DNA from: a virus
Length of the DNA: 64,000 nucleotides
Reading direction: 5' to 3' (one strand)
IMG/VR virus record: IMGVR_UViG_3300032286_001864
Coordinates: 17,949-81,948 of that record
Of the stretch, positions 17,181-27,742 are shown in pieces. The notes beneath the pieces were generated by a model. That model saw only the letters and a list, made by a program, of their open reading frames with translations, ran no database searches and was not told the origin of the DNA. How positions within the stretch are numbered: position 1 is the first letter of the stretch; every line of letters starts with the position of its first letter. The position numbers and the translations under genes were made by a program.

Positions 17181-18401
17181 TTGGACCGGAACACAGTCAT
17201 ACAGGCGGCCAGGGAGGCGGCAAGAAGCCAGGGGATCCGAGAAGGGCTCTACCTCGGGCTGGTTGATACGGAGTCCGGGTTCAGGGTCGACGACAGGAGC
17301 CCGGTAGGTGCGGAAGGGCCTGCGCAACTGATGCCTGCGACGGCGGCGGAGCTGGGTGTCAATCCGGCTGATCCAATCCAGAACCTCAGGGGAGGAGCCA
17401 AGTACCTCAGGCAGCAGCTTGATCGCTTTGGCGGCGACGAGCAGAGAGCATTGGCGGCCTACAACGCTGGCCCCGGAGCCGTCCAGAAATACGGCGGCAT
17501 CCCCCCTTACGCGGAGACCCAGAACTACGTCAAAAAGGTCCTTGGGAAGGCCGCTGCTTACTCGGGCGCGCCTGCCGCCACTGCCGGGGCGACGCCTGGT
17601 CTCCAGCCCGCTCTCCTTCAAGGATCGCCTGCGCGCCTGACCGGAGGGAATCCACTGGAAGGGCTGATAAAGGGACTGGTGAGTGACGCTCTAAGCCCTG
17701 GCGGCTTTGGTACGCCGAGCGCTGCCCGGGCGGGAGGCACACAAAGCCAACCAAGTAGCACACCGCCGGCCAACAACATCAGGGGACTGAGCCGAGACGA
17801 GATCAAGCAAACGATCATCGGGGGCCTTCTTGGCCATTCCCCTGGTAGCCCTGGGGCGACTTCCCTCGGGGGGTCGGGTAATCGCATGGCGGCCAGTGAT
17901 CCGTTTGCGAGTGCCCTTGCCCTTGCCCAAGGCAGAAAACAGACCGCTTCATCCGCCGGTGGTGCGGGTGAGGATTCATTCGACACCGCGGTGGACGGAC
18001 TGATTACTGGCATCTTCGCCCCTAGGGGCGCAGCAGCCCAGAAGCCGGCCACTGGCGACGGCGGCGTGGCTGCTCAGGGCGGAACGGGGGGACCCCGGAT
18101 TGTCGAGTACCTGACTGGCGACAAGTCGCATCCCGGCTACGATGCCAGCCACGGAGGATCCAACTATCACGAGCACCTGGCATTTGGAAGTACGACTGAA
18201 CGCGACGCGGCCATGAAGTTACTCAAGGGCCAGGGCATCCAGATCGGGTCCGTCAACGACGGCAGGCACGCTTCAAAGAGTTATCACTACTCCGACCAAG
18301 CGTTTGACGTGCCCGCCTCACAAGTCCCCGTGGGACAGGAGCAAGTGCTTTCGCGCCGGGTGCGGGAGATTCTCAGGGGCGGCGGCTTCCAAGGGCTTTG
18401 A
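17181..18401 (+). CDS. Lytic transglycosylase (SLT) fused to an M15-like peptidase domain
   Basis: ESGF, GPAQLMPATA, ALAAYNAG, ETQNYV; C-terminal YHEH and SYHYSDQAFD. Confidence 0.85.
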   Translation: MDRNTVIQAAREAARSQGIREGLYLGLVDTESGFRVDDRSPVGAEGPAQLMPATAAELGVNPADPIQNLRGGAKYLRQQLDRFGGDEQRALAAYNAGPGAVQKYGGIPPYAETQNYVKKVLGKAAAYSGAPAATAGATPGLQPALLQGSPARLTGGNPLEGLIKGLVSDALSPGGFGTPSAARAGGTQSQPSSTPPANNIRGLSRDEIKQTIIGGLLGHSPGSPGATSLGGSGNRMAASDPFASALALAQGRKQTASSAGGAGEDSFDTAVDGLITGIFAPRGAAAQKPATGDGGVAAQGGTGGPRIVEYLTGDKSHPGYDASHGGSNYHEHLAFGSTTERDAAMKLLKGQGIQIGSVNDGRHASKSYHYSDQAFDVPASQVPVGQEQVLSRRVREILRGGGFQGL

Positions 18402-18481
18402 GGAAGGCTCCGAAGCAAGCTAGCCTGGGCTGACAGCGAGCGCGCTAGGGCAATCGCTGGGCGGTATCACTGGACACGAGC

Positions 18482-18667
18482 ATGAATTACCTCGCTGAAT
18501 ACGCGTCCCTGATCGTGGCCCTCCACACGGCGGCTCTGATCATCGTCAATCTGACACCTACTCCCAAGGACGACGAGGCCCTGGGGGCAGCCGGTAGCCT
18601 CATCGTCAAGCTCTACCGTGCGCTGGAGATTATCGCGGGTCTTGTGACGCCCTTGGCCAAGCGCTGA
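18482..18667 (+). CDS. Holin-like small membrane protein
   Basis: Hydrophobic helices flanking a TPTPKDD motif; next to the lysin. Confidence 0.6.
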   Translation: MNYLAEYASLIVALHTAALIIVNLTPTPKDDEALGAAGSLIVKLYRALEIIAGLVTPLAKR

Positions 18668-18737
18668 TATTGATGAAGCCGCATGCCCTGGCAGGCATGA
18701 TGCTTGATACATTCATGGGGTCGCTTCCATCGGCCCC

Positions 18738-19361
18738 ATGTTCACGACTGCATTCGCCATCATCCTGGGCTCCATCGGGGCCGGCACCGGCTTCGCGTCC
18801 CTGTTGGCCTGCCTGCTGACCTTCCGCAAGCAGCGTCTTTTCGAAGAAAGGATGTTCCACGAGAGCCTCTCGGTTGCGGAGTTCTTGCAGCGGAAGATCG
18901 AGACCAATTCAGCTCAGGTGTTCAGGGCTGCCGAATCGCAGTCCGCCCAGATGGTTGCAGAAGGCGTCAACGAAGTGAACGGAACGGTCGCAGTCCTGAT
19001 CAATCGCCTGGATGGCTTGGAGTTCGCAACCGCGGAAGAGTTGATCACCAGGGCTGAGGTCAGCGCTGCCTTCGCTGAGCTTGCGGCCATCGAGGAGCAG
19101 CGTCAGCGGCAGTCGATGCGGGATCCCGGGACGGTCAATGCCATGCCAGTCAATCGATTCGGGCCGTTTTTAACTGGCGCTCAGGTGGAAATCGCCCCTT
19201 CTGCATTTTCCACGGAGGCAGTGCCCGGGCAGGCCGACCCTTGGAAGACATCGGATCAGGTCAACGCGGCGCCGGCTGATCCTGCGGCCCTACTGAAGGA
19301 GATCGCAGCGATGAATCAGCGGCTCCAGGGACGCCTCAGCGCCATGGGGGGAGCCTCTTGA
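18738..19361 (+). CDS. Membrane-anchored coiled-coil protein
   Basis: N-terminal transmembrane helix followed by A/E/Q-rich helices. Confidence 0.6.
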   Translation: MFTTAFAIILGSIGAGTGFASLLACLLTFRKQRLFEERMFHESLSVAEFLQRKIETNSAQVFRAAESQSAQMVAEGVNEVNGTVAVLINRLDGLEFATAEELITRAEVSAAFAELAAIEEQRQRQSMRDPGTVNAMPVNRFGPFLTGAQVEIAPSAFSTEAVPGQADPWKTSDQVNAAPADPAALLKEIAAMNQRLQGRLSAMGGAS

Positions 19362-19396
19362 CCCTTGGCTAGGGTTGCCCCGCTGCAGCCACGGAA

Positions 19397-19714
19397 TTGG
19401 ATCGCCGCTACAAGGAGAACAAAGGAGCTTCTGGCAGCACCGGCAGGCGCAGTGAAGCTCTCTCTCGAGCGCGCCTACGTAGGGCGCGAGTCAGCGCTCG
19501 CTCAATCACGGCTGACGACTCGAAGAGCCCCGATGGCGGACGCGACGCGAGCAACAGGGCCCTGGCGACTCGCAACCAGGCTCGAGGCCAAGAGCGTCAA
19601 GGGAACCAAGAGATCTTTAACGAGGAGGGGTCCGGGACGTACGGAGCCGGGATTTCTTTTGAGGACGCACGGCGGGGGGCAAAGATGGGAGAAGGTCTGA
19701 TTGGCCTGAGATGA
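19397..19714 (+). CDS. Basic hypothetical protein
   Basis: TTG start about 22 nt after a TAGGGT box; R/G-rich. Confidence 0.45.
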   Translation: MDRRYKENKGASGSTGRRSEALSRARLRRARVSARSITADDSKSPDGGRDASNRALATRNQARGQERQGNQEIFNEEGSGTYGAGISFEDARRGAKMGEGLIGLR

Positions 19715-20159
19715 ATGAGCTGACTTCGGGGCCGACAAGCCTGGCATCGATCAGCTTGCCAGGGGATTCACTCAGCTCGATGTGACTGAGACCGTCGACA
19801 GAGCGAGAGGCGTCGATGACGTCACTGCAGGAGATCCCGTCGATGGAGAAGAGGCAAGAGCAGGCGCTCTGCTCCAGCTCCGAGCCTGGCTCCCACCAGC
19901 GGCTGAAGCGGAACGGCGTGTCGTCCAGGTTGGAATACCCAGGCAGCTGCTGATGCAAGACATGAAGCCGTTCCGCGAGCGCGGTAATCAGGTCCGCGGC
20001 GCAGCTGGTGAGACGAGCCCGCTTCGATCGGCTGCGGGGCAGGGCTTGGCGCCAAGAGATCCAGCTGTCGAAAGCAATGGTTCGATCCAGCAGGAGCCAG
20101 CCTTCTGTTGGATGAAAAAACTCATCGTCGTCGTCGGTGGCAAAGGGTAGGTGCGGCAT
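19617..20159 (-). CDS. Hypothetical protein, weak resemblance to a peptidase-M15 N-region
   Basis: Likely ATG start at 20159; LAERLHVLHQQL...PFRFSRWWEP. Confidence 0.5.
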   Translation of the reverse strand: MPHLPFATDDDDEFFHPTEGWLLLDRTIAFDSWISWRQALPRSRSKRARLTSCAADLITALAERLHVLHQQLPGYSNLDDTPFRFSRWWEPGSELEQSACSCLFSIDGISCSDVIDASRSVDGLSHIELSESPGKLIDARLVGPEVSSFISGQSDLLPSLPPAVRPQKKSRLRTSRTPPR

Positions 20160-20161
20160 GG

Positions 20162-20800
20162 TCAGCTCTGCATTTGCCCTGCGCGCTTGCCGTACTTCCT
20201 GCCCGTGGCAGCCCGGTAGCAATCGCGCCAGCGGCTTTCCCCGCTCCATTGGTCCAGTACGACCCTGCCGTAGGGCGCCGCAGCGGCATGGAAGCGTGCC
20301 AGCCCGGAAGTGAACGCTGAGGAGGGGAACGCTGGGGGCAGGTAAACGATTGGCGACCAGTCGACCGGGGCGACACGAATGGATTTCTCTAGCTCGTCGT
20401 CCCAGAAGGTCGGCGCTAGGCGCGACCAGGGGATACAAATCGGGAAGTCCCAGATCCACGGGCAGCCGACCAGTGCTTCGTTGCATCCCAACCAGAGAAC
20501 AGCCTGCACAACGTGCCCGTCCCGGTACTCCTGCAAGAGCTTGTTGGCCAGGGCGCGGCTGGCTGTCATGCCGCTAGGGATCGCCAGCAGCAAGCGCTTC
20601 TGTCCAGCTGGGCTCCAGTGGCGCCCTGCAGCAATCTCAAGGTCGTCATCGCGCTCGAGATAGCGCGCCGCTTGGACGACGTGATTGACCTCGGCGGTGC
20701 TGTAAGGATCGAGGTCGATGGCGCCCATCGTGCAGCGCGCCACGTCGATCACCGCTGCGGGTGGTGCAAGGTCACGGCGATCGGCGCGGACGGGCATCAC
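20162..20800 (-). CDS. Phage Dam-like N6-adenine methyltransferase homologue, catalytic motif altered
   Basis: PPAAVIDVARCTMGAIDLDPYS..VN..VQAARY; the expected NPP[YG] reads AIPS. Confidence 0.65.
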   Translation of the reverse strand: MMPVRADRRDLAPPAAVIDVARCTMGAIDLDPYSTAEVNHVVQAARYLERDDDLEIAAGRHWSPAGQKRLLLAIPSGMTASRALANKLLQEYRDGHVVQAVLWLGCNEALVGCPWIWDFPICIPWSRLAPTFWDDELEKSIRVAPVDWSPIVYLPPAFPSSAFTSGLARFHAAAAPYGRVVLDQWSGESRWRDCYRAATGRKYGKRAGQMQS

Positions 20801-21060
20801 CTGTCTTCTGGCTCCAGGATTTCCAGCAGGGTGTCGCCAGAACCTTCACCGGATGAGAGCAACCGGCACCAGCCGGTGTCGACAAGCGCCTGAAGATCAG
20901 GCTCGGAAAATTGCATCTCGCGACGCGAACCGCCAACGCGCAGGGTGATCATCACCGTAAGGGCGCCCTTGTCGAGGTTGTCTTCCGAACGGCGAACAAC
21001 TTCCCATCGGTCGGGATGAACGCCCCGGTAAACGTCGCCCAGTTCGATGCGCCGGCTCAC
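20797..21060 (-). CDS. Hypothetical protein
   Basis: GTG overlaps the upstream stop; translationally coupled. Confidence 0.6.
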   Translation of the reverse strand: MSRRIELGDVYRGVHPDRWEVVRRSEDNLDKGALTVMITLRVGGSRREMQFSEPDLQALVDTGWCRLLSSGEGSGDTLLEILEPEDR

Positions 21061-21500
21061 AGCGTGGCGGCCTCCTGGGCCCTCTGAATACTGCGCGCCG
21101 GCTGATCCCTGGGGATCGGCAGCAGGCTTGCCTTGCTGCGATCGATCAGCAGCAGCAGCACCCGCTCCTCGTAGTTGTTGAGCCGGACGACGGAGATCAT
21201 GTCCCTGAGCATGCTGCTGACATCGTCTTGGCCCATGGCATCGGCAGCCAGTAAATCCCCGCACAGTTCATCGAGGGTGACGTAGCAACCGCCGCGATCC
21301 CGCAGCGCCAGGTTGAGACTCAAGACGCCGGCGCCCCTCTCCTTGAAGGACCTGTCGAAGAGGCCAATCATGTCGGCCAGGACGGCTTCGCAAGCGCGAG
21401 TGTTGATGGCAATGGCGGCCTCTGTCTCGCCACCGGTGCCGGTGTCACCGAGCTCGGGGAAGAATTTGCGAAGCAACTCAAGGCGGGAGGGACGTGCCAT
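21057..21500 (-). CDS. Hypothetical protein
   Basis: 147 aa, in the operon after thyX. Confidence 0.65.
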   Translation of the reverse strand: MARPSRLELLRKFFPELGDTGTGGETEAAIAINTRACEAVLADMIGLFDRSFKERGAGVLSLNLALRDRGGCYVTLDELCGDLLAADAMGQDDVSSMLRDMISVVRLNNYEERVLLLLIDRSKASLLPIPRDQPARSIQRAQEAATL

Positions 21501-21503
21501 GGC

Positions 21504-22262
21504 TCAAGGGGCAAGGAGGGCGCGATTGAGCCGGTTGGTTTCGTACCAGGCGTAGATCTCGGGGATCCAGTTCTTGACGTGCCCAGCGACGAGCTCCATG
21601 ACCCAACGAACCTCCTGCTGAGCGTCCCCCTTGCTGCGCACATCGAGCAGGTGAAACCAGCTGCGGATGTTGCCGGTCAGGCAGACGTTCTGCAGGTAGC
21701 TGGTCGGCAAGACGTAGCGGGCATGCTCTTCTGTGACATTCTTGGCGCGAAGGTCGGCGTAGTCCTGCGCGGCATTGAGCGCCAGGATCTTGAGCGTGGT
21801 GTTCTGCTGCTCCGTCCACTCGTAGCCATCCCCCTGGCGATCGCGGTAGACGCCTGGCGGACGGAAGTAAAAGACGTCTTCTACGGGGACTTCACCCCGG
21901 GCGACGCGCTCGATGCGGTGACCGGTGTAGCGCATCGATTGAACATCAAAGCTCAGGCCGACACGGTGCGTGCGGAGCTGCACCATCGAGTTGTGATCCA
22001 TCTGGACCAGCAACGTCATATGGGCGTGCTCCAGGGGGCCGAAATGGCCGCGCTTGCTCTCCAGCAGCCGGGCGATGGCGATCTCGCCGCAGCGATCCTC
22101 GGGGATGTCGGTCGTCGGACAGAACTCCTCCGAGTAGTCGGTATGCAGGGCGACGTAGGCGACCTGCTGCGGCAGCTCGTAGGCGCCGACACGCTCGGCC
22201 TTGAAAGGATTCTGCACGAGGAAGCGCTGGACTCCAGCGGAACCGTAACCCTTGGCGCGCAC
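21504..22262 (-). CDS. thyX: FAD-dependent thymidylate synthase
   Basis: GHFGPLEH, RTHRVGLSFDVQSMRY, EHARYVLP, DAQQEVR. Confidence 0.93.
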   Translation of the reverse strand: MRAKGYGSAGVQRFLVQNPFKAERVGAYELPQQVAYVALHTDYSEEFCPTTDIPEDRCGEIAIARLLESKRGHFGPLEHAHMTLLVQMDHNSMVQLRTHRVGLSFDVQSMRYTGHRIERVARGEVPVEDVFYFRPPGVYRDRQGDGYEWTEQQNTTLKILALNAAQDYADLRAKNVTEEHARYVLPTSYLQNVCLTGNIRSWFHLLDVRSKGDAQQEVRWVMELVAGHVKNWIPEIYAWYETNRLNRALLAP

Positions 22263-22287
22263 AGTTGCAAGCTGTGGCGATCAAACG

Positions 22288-22959
22288 TCACGGCTCCCCG
22301 AGGTCCGGATCGTCATCAAGCAGGGGTTCGCCGCGGTTGATGCGTCGCCGGATCCAGTCGGAATTGACGGCCTCCAGCTTGGCGAAGACGCCGGGCAGTT
22401 GCCGTTGGGTGACCTCCAGGTACTCCTGGGTATCTCGGACCAAGCGGTGCCGGCTAGCGGCCAGTTCGATTGTCGTCAAGTGCCGCCGGTGATGGAAGTG
22501 ATTGACCCCCTTGACTCTGATGTGAAGCGGATTGCAGCAGAAATTGTTACTGCAGGCATGGGTGAGCGGCAGCCGGCCGATGTCACCCCAGGTGAACCAG
22601 GTCGCCACACGCGGCGCCGAATACTGGCGGCCCTTGCCCCAGTGCCGCATGAAGGGAAAGTAGGTGGAAGAGCCGTTGCCGTAGACGTGCCCCTGCCAAT
22701 CCCAGCATTCGCCAGGGTCGGCAATAGCGACAAACGACCAGAACTCAAGGAACTTGCGCCGGTGGATCCTGTGGATCCGGTTGATGCTGAGCTCCAGTCG
22801 GCCCTCCGTCAGGGCGCCAATGCAGCGAACGCAGGCGTGGCTGTCGTCGTAGCGGGGGATCTGGCCATCAAGGCTGCCGTAGCTGTGTTCAGTGAAGGGG
22901 CACAGTGGCCCCTGAGTGATGCGACTGTGAAGGTCCCGGGGGATCGGCCATTGGGCCAT
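22288..22959 (-). CDS. His-Cys box/HNH_3-like endonuclease-fold protein
   Basis: ECWDWQG...SAPRVA...HACSNNFCCNPLHI, plus N-terminal CPFTEH...CVRC zinc ligands. Confidence 0.7.
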   Translation of the reverse strand: MAQWPIPRDLHSRITQGPLCPFTEHSYGSLDGQIPRYDDSHACVRCIGALTEGRLELSINRIHRIHRRKFLEFWSFVAIADPGECWDWQGHVYGNGSSTYFPFMRHWGKGRQYSAPRVATWFTWGDIGRLPLTHACSNNFCCNPLHIRVKGVNHFHHRRHLTTIELAASRHRLVRDTQEYLEVTQRQLPGVFAKLEAVNSDWIRRRINRGEPLLDDDPDLGEP

Positions 22960-22993
22960 CGGTGATTCCGCTCGATTAAGCCCGAAGCCACTG

Positions 22994-23989
22994 CTATCCC
23001 AGCTGGCCCCGGAAAAGGTCGTTGGACAGATCCGCTGACGCAGCCCCAAGAGCGGCGTTTGAGAGAGGCAGAGCTGCGTAGGAGAGCAAAGGGATGATCG
23101 CCTGAGCAGCGTACCTTCGTCTACTGACACCCATGGCCTTGGCGTACTCAGCGCCGCGACGCCAGGCTTCCGCCTCTACGGCAAACAGGGGGAGGCCGGT
23201 CGCTGCACCGACTAGACCGCCGACCGCGGCACCGTTATCTCCCAGGAGAGCGCCTGCTCCGATCCCTGCCAATGCGCCCGCCGCAGGGAGGAAGGATCTC
23301 TTCCAGTCGCTGCCGGTCTTACCGGTAGCCATAGCCTGGATCGGCGGCAGCCAGTCGACCTTGTTTTCTTGCAACTGGCTGATCAGGTCGGAAGCGGCGT
23401 TGTTGATCTGGTTCGCCCTTGCGTACATCTCAGCGTGTCCCATCTCGTGGGCCAGCGTGGCCGGATCGGCCTGGACCTGCACGGCGACCTCCGGCCCCTG
23501 GCCAGCTCTCCTGAAGAAGTTGCGATGCCTCTCCGCGCTGAGGACGTCGTTGTTGGATTGACGAATCCTGATCCCTTGTTCATGCGAAGGCTCAAATTCG
23601 TCGGGATCCGTGTATTCGTGATAGTTGCCCTCTGGATCTCTAACTGTGCGGGTAAGCAGTTTTCTCTCCTGCTTGGGAGGGGCATACTTGTCATCCCATA
23701 TCTTCTTGGCGATCGCCGTATTGGTCGACCAGGCCTGCCGCTCTTGCTCAGTGGGCTCCGCCGTGTACTTCATCCGCCTGCGCGCCAAGGCGGGCGCCAA
23801 GGCGACCCCACGGAGAAGGAGCGCCGCAACGGCCAACTCTCCAGCCCCGCTCAACGCGCCATCGTCGTATTGACCTTGAGTGGCCGCCAACTGTTGACTG
23901 TCCACGCGTCGCTCTACCGCTCTACCGGCCACTGTAGAAGCGCTTCGCGAGGCGCTTCTGAGATCAGTATCGCTGCCTGAGATCTGCAA
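22994..23989 (-). CDS. HExGH zinc metallopeptidase with glycine-zipper segments
   Basis: TLAHEMGH, downstream EAEAWRRG, GALAGIGAGALLG; true start uncertain. Confidence 0.65.
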   Translation of the reverse strand: MQISGSDTDLRSASRSASTVAGRAVERRVDSQQLAATQGQYDDGALSGAGELAVAALLLRGVALAPALARRRMKYTAEPTEQERQAWSTNTAIAKKIWDDKYAPPKQERKLLTRTVRDPEGNYHEYTDPDEFEPSHEQGIRIRQSNNDVLSAERHRNFFRRAGQGPEVAVQVQADPATLAHEMGHAEMYARANQINNAASDLISQLQENKVDWLPPIQAMATGKTGSDWKRSFLPAAGALAGIGAGALLGDNGAAVGGLVGAATGLPLFAVEAEAWRRGAEYAKAMGVSRRRYAAQAIIPLLSYAALPLSNAALGAASADLSNDLFRGQLG

Positions 23990-24161
23990 GGGCTCGCGTC
24001 AGGTCCAAACAAGCGCGCCTGCAGGCGCCTGATTCCTTGGAGTGCCAGATGAGTCTGCCGTCGTCGCGGCCCCGAGAGATCTCTCGTTCTTGCAATCGGC
24101 GAGCGGCCACCAAGAAGCGCTCGGCTTCTGCGATGGCAGCGTCAAGGGTGCGCTCAGCCAT
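23964..24161 (-). CDS. Small conserved phage protein
   Basis: AEAERFL...KESGACRRACLDLTRALADLR. Confidence 0.65.
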   Translation of the reverse strand: MAERTLDAAIAEAERFLVAARRLQEREISRGRDDGRLIWHSKESGACRRACLDLTRALADLRQRY

Positions 24162-26107
24162 TGGACCCCTCCAGTTCGTCGGCGATGGCGAGGAGTTTGC
24201 GACGAATCGACTGCAAATTGAAACGGATTGCCGTAGTAGGGTAGTTTTCATACTCGCTCGAAGGTTTCCACTGCTCCGGCACCACCTGATCCGCAGCGGC
24301 GCGGAGGGCGGCACCGAGGGGTTGGTCCATATCCTCTAGAGGCCCTTGGGCTTCGTAGGCATTGCTCCAGGCGTCCCAGACAGCCTGCGCGGCGGGGGAG
24401 AGGTGGGTGGTCATAGCGGTTTGGCCTGTTTTTTGATGATCTGGAAAATACGCCTCCTGGCCTTGTCCGATTCGGCCTCGGTGAGGATGCAGCGGACACG
24501 AAGGCGCGTCACCGCATCGGCATCGCGCTGTAGGTGATCACGCTGCAGAGGGTCCATGTCGAGCCTTAGCCCCTGCCCTCTGAGCTGTTCGTCAATCGGT
24601 GGGGAGAGGGCACCAAAGGAGATGCGGATGTTCCGCTGGCTCATGACTGCCCTCTTGGTTCGGCGGGGATGGCAGTGGCGTTGATGGTTATTGAAACCTC
24701 TAAGTCTTCGGCAAGTTCGTTCAATGCGTCAATGCAGTTTCTAATGCCGTCAATGAACTCATTCCTTGGTTGCTGCTGTATTTCAGCCGCCCAATTTTTG
24801 GCAATAGCACGAAGGGCGGCGGCGACGACCAGCATGTCCAGGGGGCAGGCCAGCCTTTTTATGTTGCAATCGGCGTACATTGACAGCGCAGCGTCTTTCA
24901 CCGCCTGCGCGGATGGGCTCAGGGGGGTGGGCTGAGGTGCCGAGGATTCTTCGGTGGCTGCGGGCTTCATCCATGGCAGCCCTGACTGCGGCGCCGGGAT
25001 TGATCGCCAGGGGCCATTCGGGTGGTCTGCGCCCTGCCATTCGTTGTCGCGCTGGCGGATGTAGCGGGGGAGGTCAGGTAGACATTCGCTCATCGGGTCA
25101 CCCAAGCAACAATGGCAATAACAACAGCACCAAATAATAGTGTTGTCTGATAGTCAGTCATCGGTCCATCTCCTCACGCAGCCAAAGCGAGCAGCCGTGA
25201 AGCCCATACCGATCCAGCCAAACTGCCACCTCGCGGATAGCAGCGCGGGCATTCTCTTCTAAATCAATCTCGCCAGCCACCATGACTTTCTTGACCAACC
25301 CCCCGGCAGGAGCGGGCGGTGCAGGCGGCGATTCGTTGACTGGAAGCACCAAGGTGCCTTTTTGATGATTGTCATAAATGATCTTGCCGTCAGCAATTCT
25401 TCGGATTTCAATCCAGCAGGTTTCGAGGCAGTGAACTATAACTTTTGGCAACTCATCATCCGTGGCCACCGGGGCAGCCTCGGGGGTGGGGGCAGACTGG
25501 GCCAGGGTGGCGCGGGCGGCGGCGATAGCAGTTTGCCAATCCTGGATCCAGCCGGCCGCTGTCTTCATCGATACGGTGTCATCCAACCCAACCAGCCGCT
25601 CCAGGGCGGTGCGGATATCACTCATGGCTGTTCCCCCAGCGATACAGGAATCCCTTCAGGATCTCCCGCCCACGAATCACCGGCTCCCTGTGCGTGGCCA
25701 GGCCCTGGATAGCCATCACCACCTGGTCTAGCTGCTGATCCGTCGGCGGGGCTTTTATTGATCTCGTCGTTGGCCATGCTGCAGCGACTACAAAGGGCAG
25801 GAAAATACCAAAAGAAATGCTAAACCATTTGATTGCAAACAAGCGCGAGTTTGGCTTTGATCTGCGCCGACCTTTGACGCGAACCTTTTTAGGTGGTTCG
25901 TCGTAGATATTAGATGAATTACTCATGACCAGCCTCCCGCGGGCCGGGCAGCGGCTGCAATTCAGTCCAGGTGGCGGGAGCTTCGTCGTTGCCAACGATC
26001 AGCCACCAGGCGCGGCCAAACTGATCAATTGCGTCAAGAATATGGATGCCGTTCGGGTTGACCGTGCGGGTCAATCTGACAAAGCGGCGGGGTCGTTGTT
26101 CAGGCAT
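24154..26107 (-). other. Array of six small accessory genes (24154-24414, 24411-24644, 24641-25093, 25158-25625, 25618-25926, 25919-26107)
   Basis: Mostly overlapping stop/start junctions; shared LSPxAQAVxDA...AALRA module in two genes; locally lower GC. Confidence 0.65.
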
Positions 26108-26212
26108 GGGAGTCTGAGGGTGAGGTGGGTGAACTTGGGACTTACAGCGCTGCCGTAAGGGGCAGGGCGGGAGCTTGAGGCATGACAGGAGCGGGTAAAG
26201 AACAGGTGCTGA

Positions 26213-26500
26213 TCAAGAGCGGCGTGTGACCAGTGGGTAGCCCTTGGGGGGCTGGAAGAGTCCGCCAAGGGAGGGCAGCTGCTCCTCGAGGGGGAGCAAG
26301 GTGAGCTCAGCGAGGGGCCACTGCTCCGTTCTGCCGCTAGAGGAACCCTCCGGCATGACCTCCGCCCAGGGCAGCCCCCTGCTGTTTCTGACGACACGAT
26401 CCACCGGGACCTCAATGACGAGGCCGGTGCGGGCGGGGCCTGATGGCGGGGTGCGATGGACGCGGGCGCCGCGGCGGATCGTGAGCTTCTCGTCAGGCAT
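26213..26500 (-). CDS. Hypothetical protein (SH3/KOW-like pattern)
   Basis: RRGARVHR...TGLVIEV...WAEV...EQWPLAEL. Confidence 0.55.
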   Translation of the reverse strand: MPDEKLTIRRGARVHRTPPSGPARTGLVIEVPVDRVVRNSRGLPWAEVMPEGSSSGRTEQWPLAELTLLPLEEQLPSLGGLFQPPKGYPLVTRRS

Positions 26501-26960
26501 GGGGATGAAGAAGAGGCGAGAAGACCACGTCGAGGTCGATCTGGACAATCTCGACACCCAGGGAAGACGCCGCCCAGCGGCAAGCGTGTTCGTCGTCTTT
26601 CAGCCGCTTGGGCACCGGCGCATCGGGAATCAGCACTTTTGAGATGCCGCACCCGAGCAGGAGTTGGAAGTCCTCCTGAGGCCCTAGGCCGGGGAACAGG
26701 AAGATGGCCGCTCCCCGCAAGCAAATGCCGTACTTGGCAGCCTGAGTGATCAGGCTGCGAATCGCGCTCTGGGAGGAGTCGGAACCGGCGACAGCGACAA
26801 CGCGGTCGCAGCCGTCAGGGCAGGGGCGCACGGCAACGATTCCAGTGGCGCGGCTGGAGCGATCCCTGGCCCCGGAAGCAAGCCAGGCAACACGCATCCA
26901 GATGCGGTTACCGTCATTGGGCGGAGTAGGGAAAGGAGAGGCTTCCATGGCGTCACTCAT
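26493..26960 (-). CDS. dCMP-deaminase-fold protein lacking zinc ligands
   Basis: WMRVAWLAS...SAIRSLITQAAKYGICLRGAAIF...LLLGCGISKV...LGVEI; HAE and PCxxC absent. Confidence 0.6.
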   Translation of the reverse strand: MSDAMEASPFPTPPNDGNRIWMRVAWLASGARDRSSRATGIVAVRPCPDGCDRVVAVAGSDSSQSAIRSLITQAAKYGICLRGAAIFLFPGLGPQEDFQLLLGCGISKVLIPDAPVPKRLKDDEHACRWAASSLGVEIVQIDLDVVFSPLLHPHA

Positions 26961-26963
26961 CGT

Positions 26964-27740
26964 TCAAGCCGGCCCAATAGGGCGACGGAGGGGGACAACA
27001 AGGCCGGTGCCGTTGCTCTCGACCTGAGCGCCGGTAGGGGTAGCGTCGAAAGGCCCCAAGCCATTGAGCGGGAAGCCGAGGGAGGTCACCTCCTTCCGGA
27101 CCTGCTGCAGGAGGTCATGGATCGTTCCGTCGTTGCGAAACCGGGCATCGAAGCAGGGGTAGTGATTGAGACCGCCCTCGCTGGGATGCAAGGAAGAAAA
27201 GAGCTTCCAGGGCAGAAGCTGTTGCGGTGAACGCAGGAATCGCCCAGGACTAAAGCGACGGCACAACTCGCGCTGCCGCTCTTGACGGGTCCGCGGCCTT
27301 TCGACCATCCACATGAATCCCCCAAGCGTGCGGATCAAGTCGGCTTCGCTGGGGAAGCGGACGTCATCGACAACGACATGAAGGTCGCGGCCTCCGTCAT
27401 GAGCGGCGTGACGCAGTTGCATCAGGCTTTGCTCCCAGATCGTTGTCCATAGGTGGGGCGAGATGCAACGGCGGCCCCAGTCCGTACCAAGGGTCTGCAG
27501 CAGGTGCCGGCCAGTGACCCCGATCTCCGGGATGACGATGTTGCGCTCGTGGTAGAGGAAGCGCTTGGCATCGAACCGGCTGACCCCGGCCTCACGGAGG
27601 ATGACGCCGCCGATCCGCTTGAGCGGTTCAGCTAGGGGCAGCCGCACAAAGCCAGCATTGTTGACCAGGGCCTGAGCAACAGTCGTTTTGCCCGAGCCGG
27701 CGCGGGAGGCGGCAATGCCGATCACGGTTGGTTTGTGCAT
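26964..27740 (-). CDS. Deoxynucleoside monophosphate kinase
   Basis: P-loop RAGSGKTT, AEPLK, RHLLQTLGTDWGR, VVDDVRFPSE, HPSE. Confidence 0.88.
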   Translation of the reverse strand: MHKPTVIGIAASRAGSGKTTVAQALVNNAGFVRLPLAEPLKRIGGVILREAGVSRFDAKRFLYHERNIVIPEIGVTGRHLLQTLGTDWGRRCISPHLWTTIWEQSLMQLRHAAHDGGRDLHVVVDDVRFPSEADLIRTLGGFMWMVERPRTRQERQRELCRRFSPGRFLRSPQQLLPWKLFSSLHPSEGGLNHYPCFDARFRNDGTIHDLLQQVRKEVTSLGFPLNGLGPFDATPTGAQVESNGTGLVVPLRRPIGPA

Positions 27741-27742
27741 GG

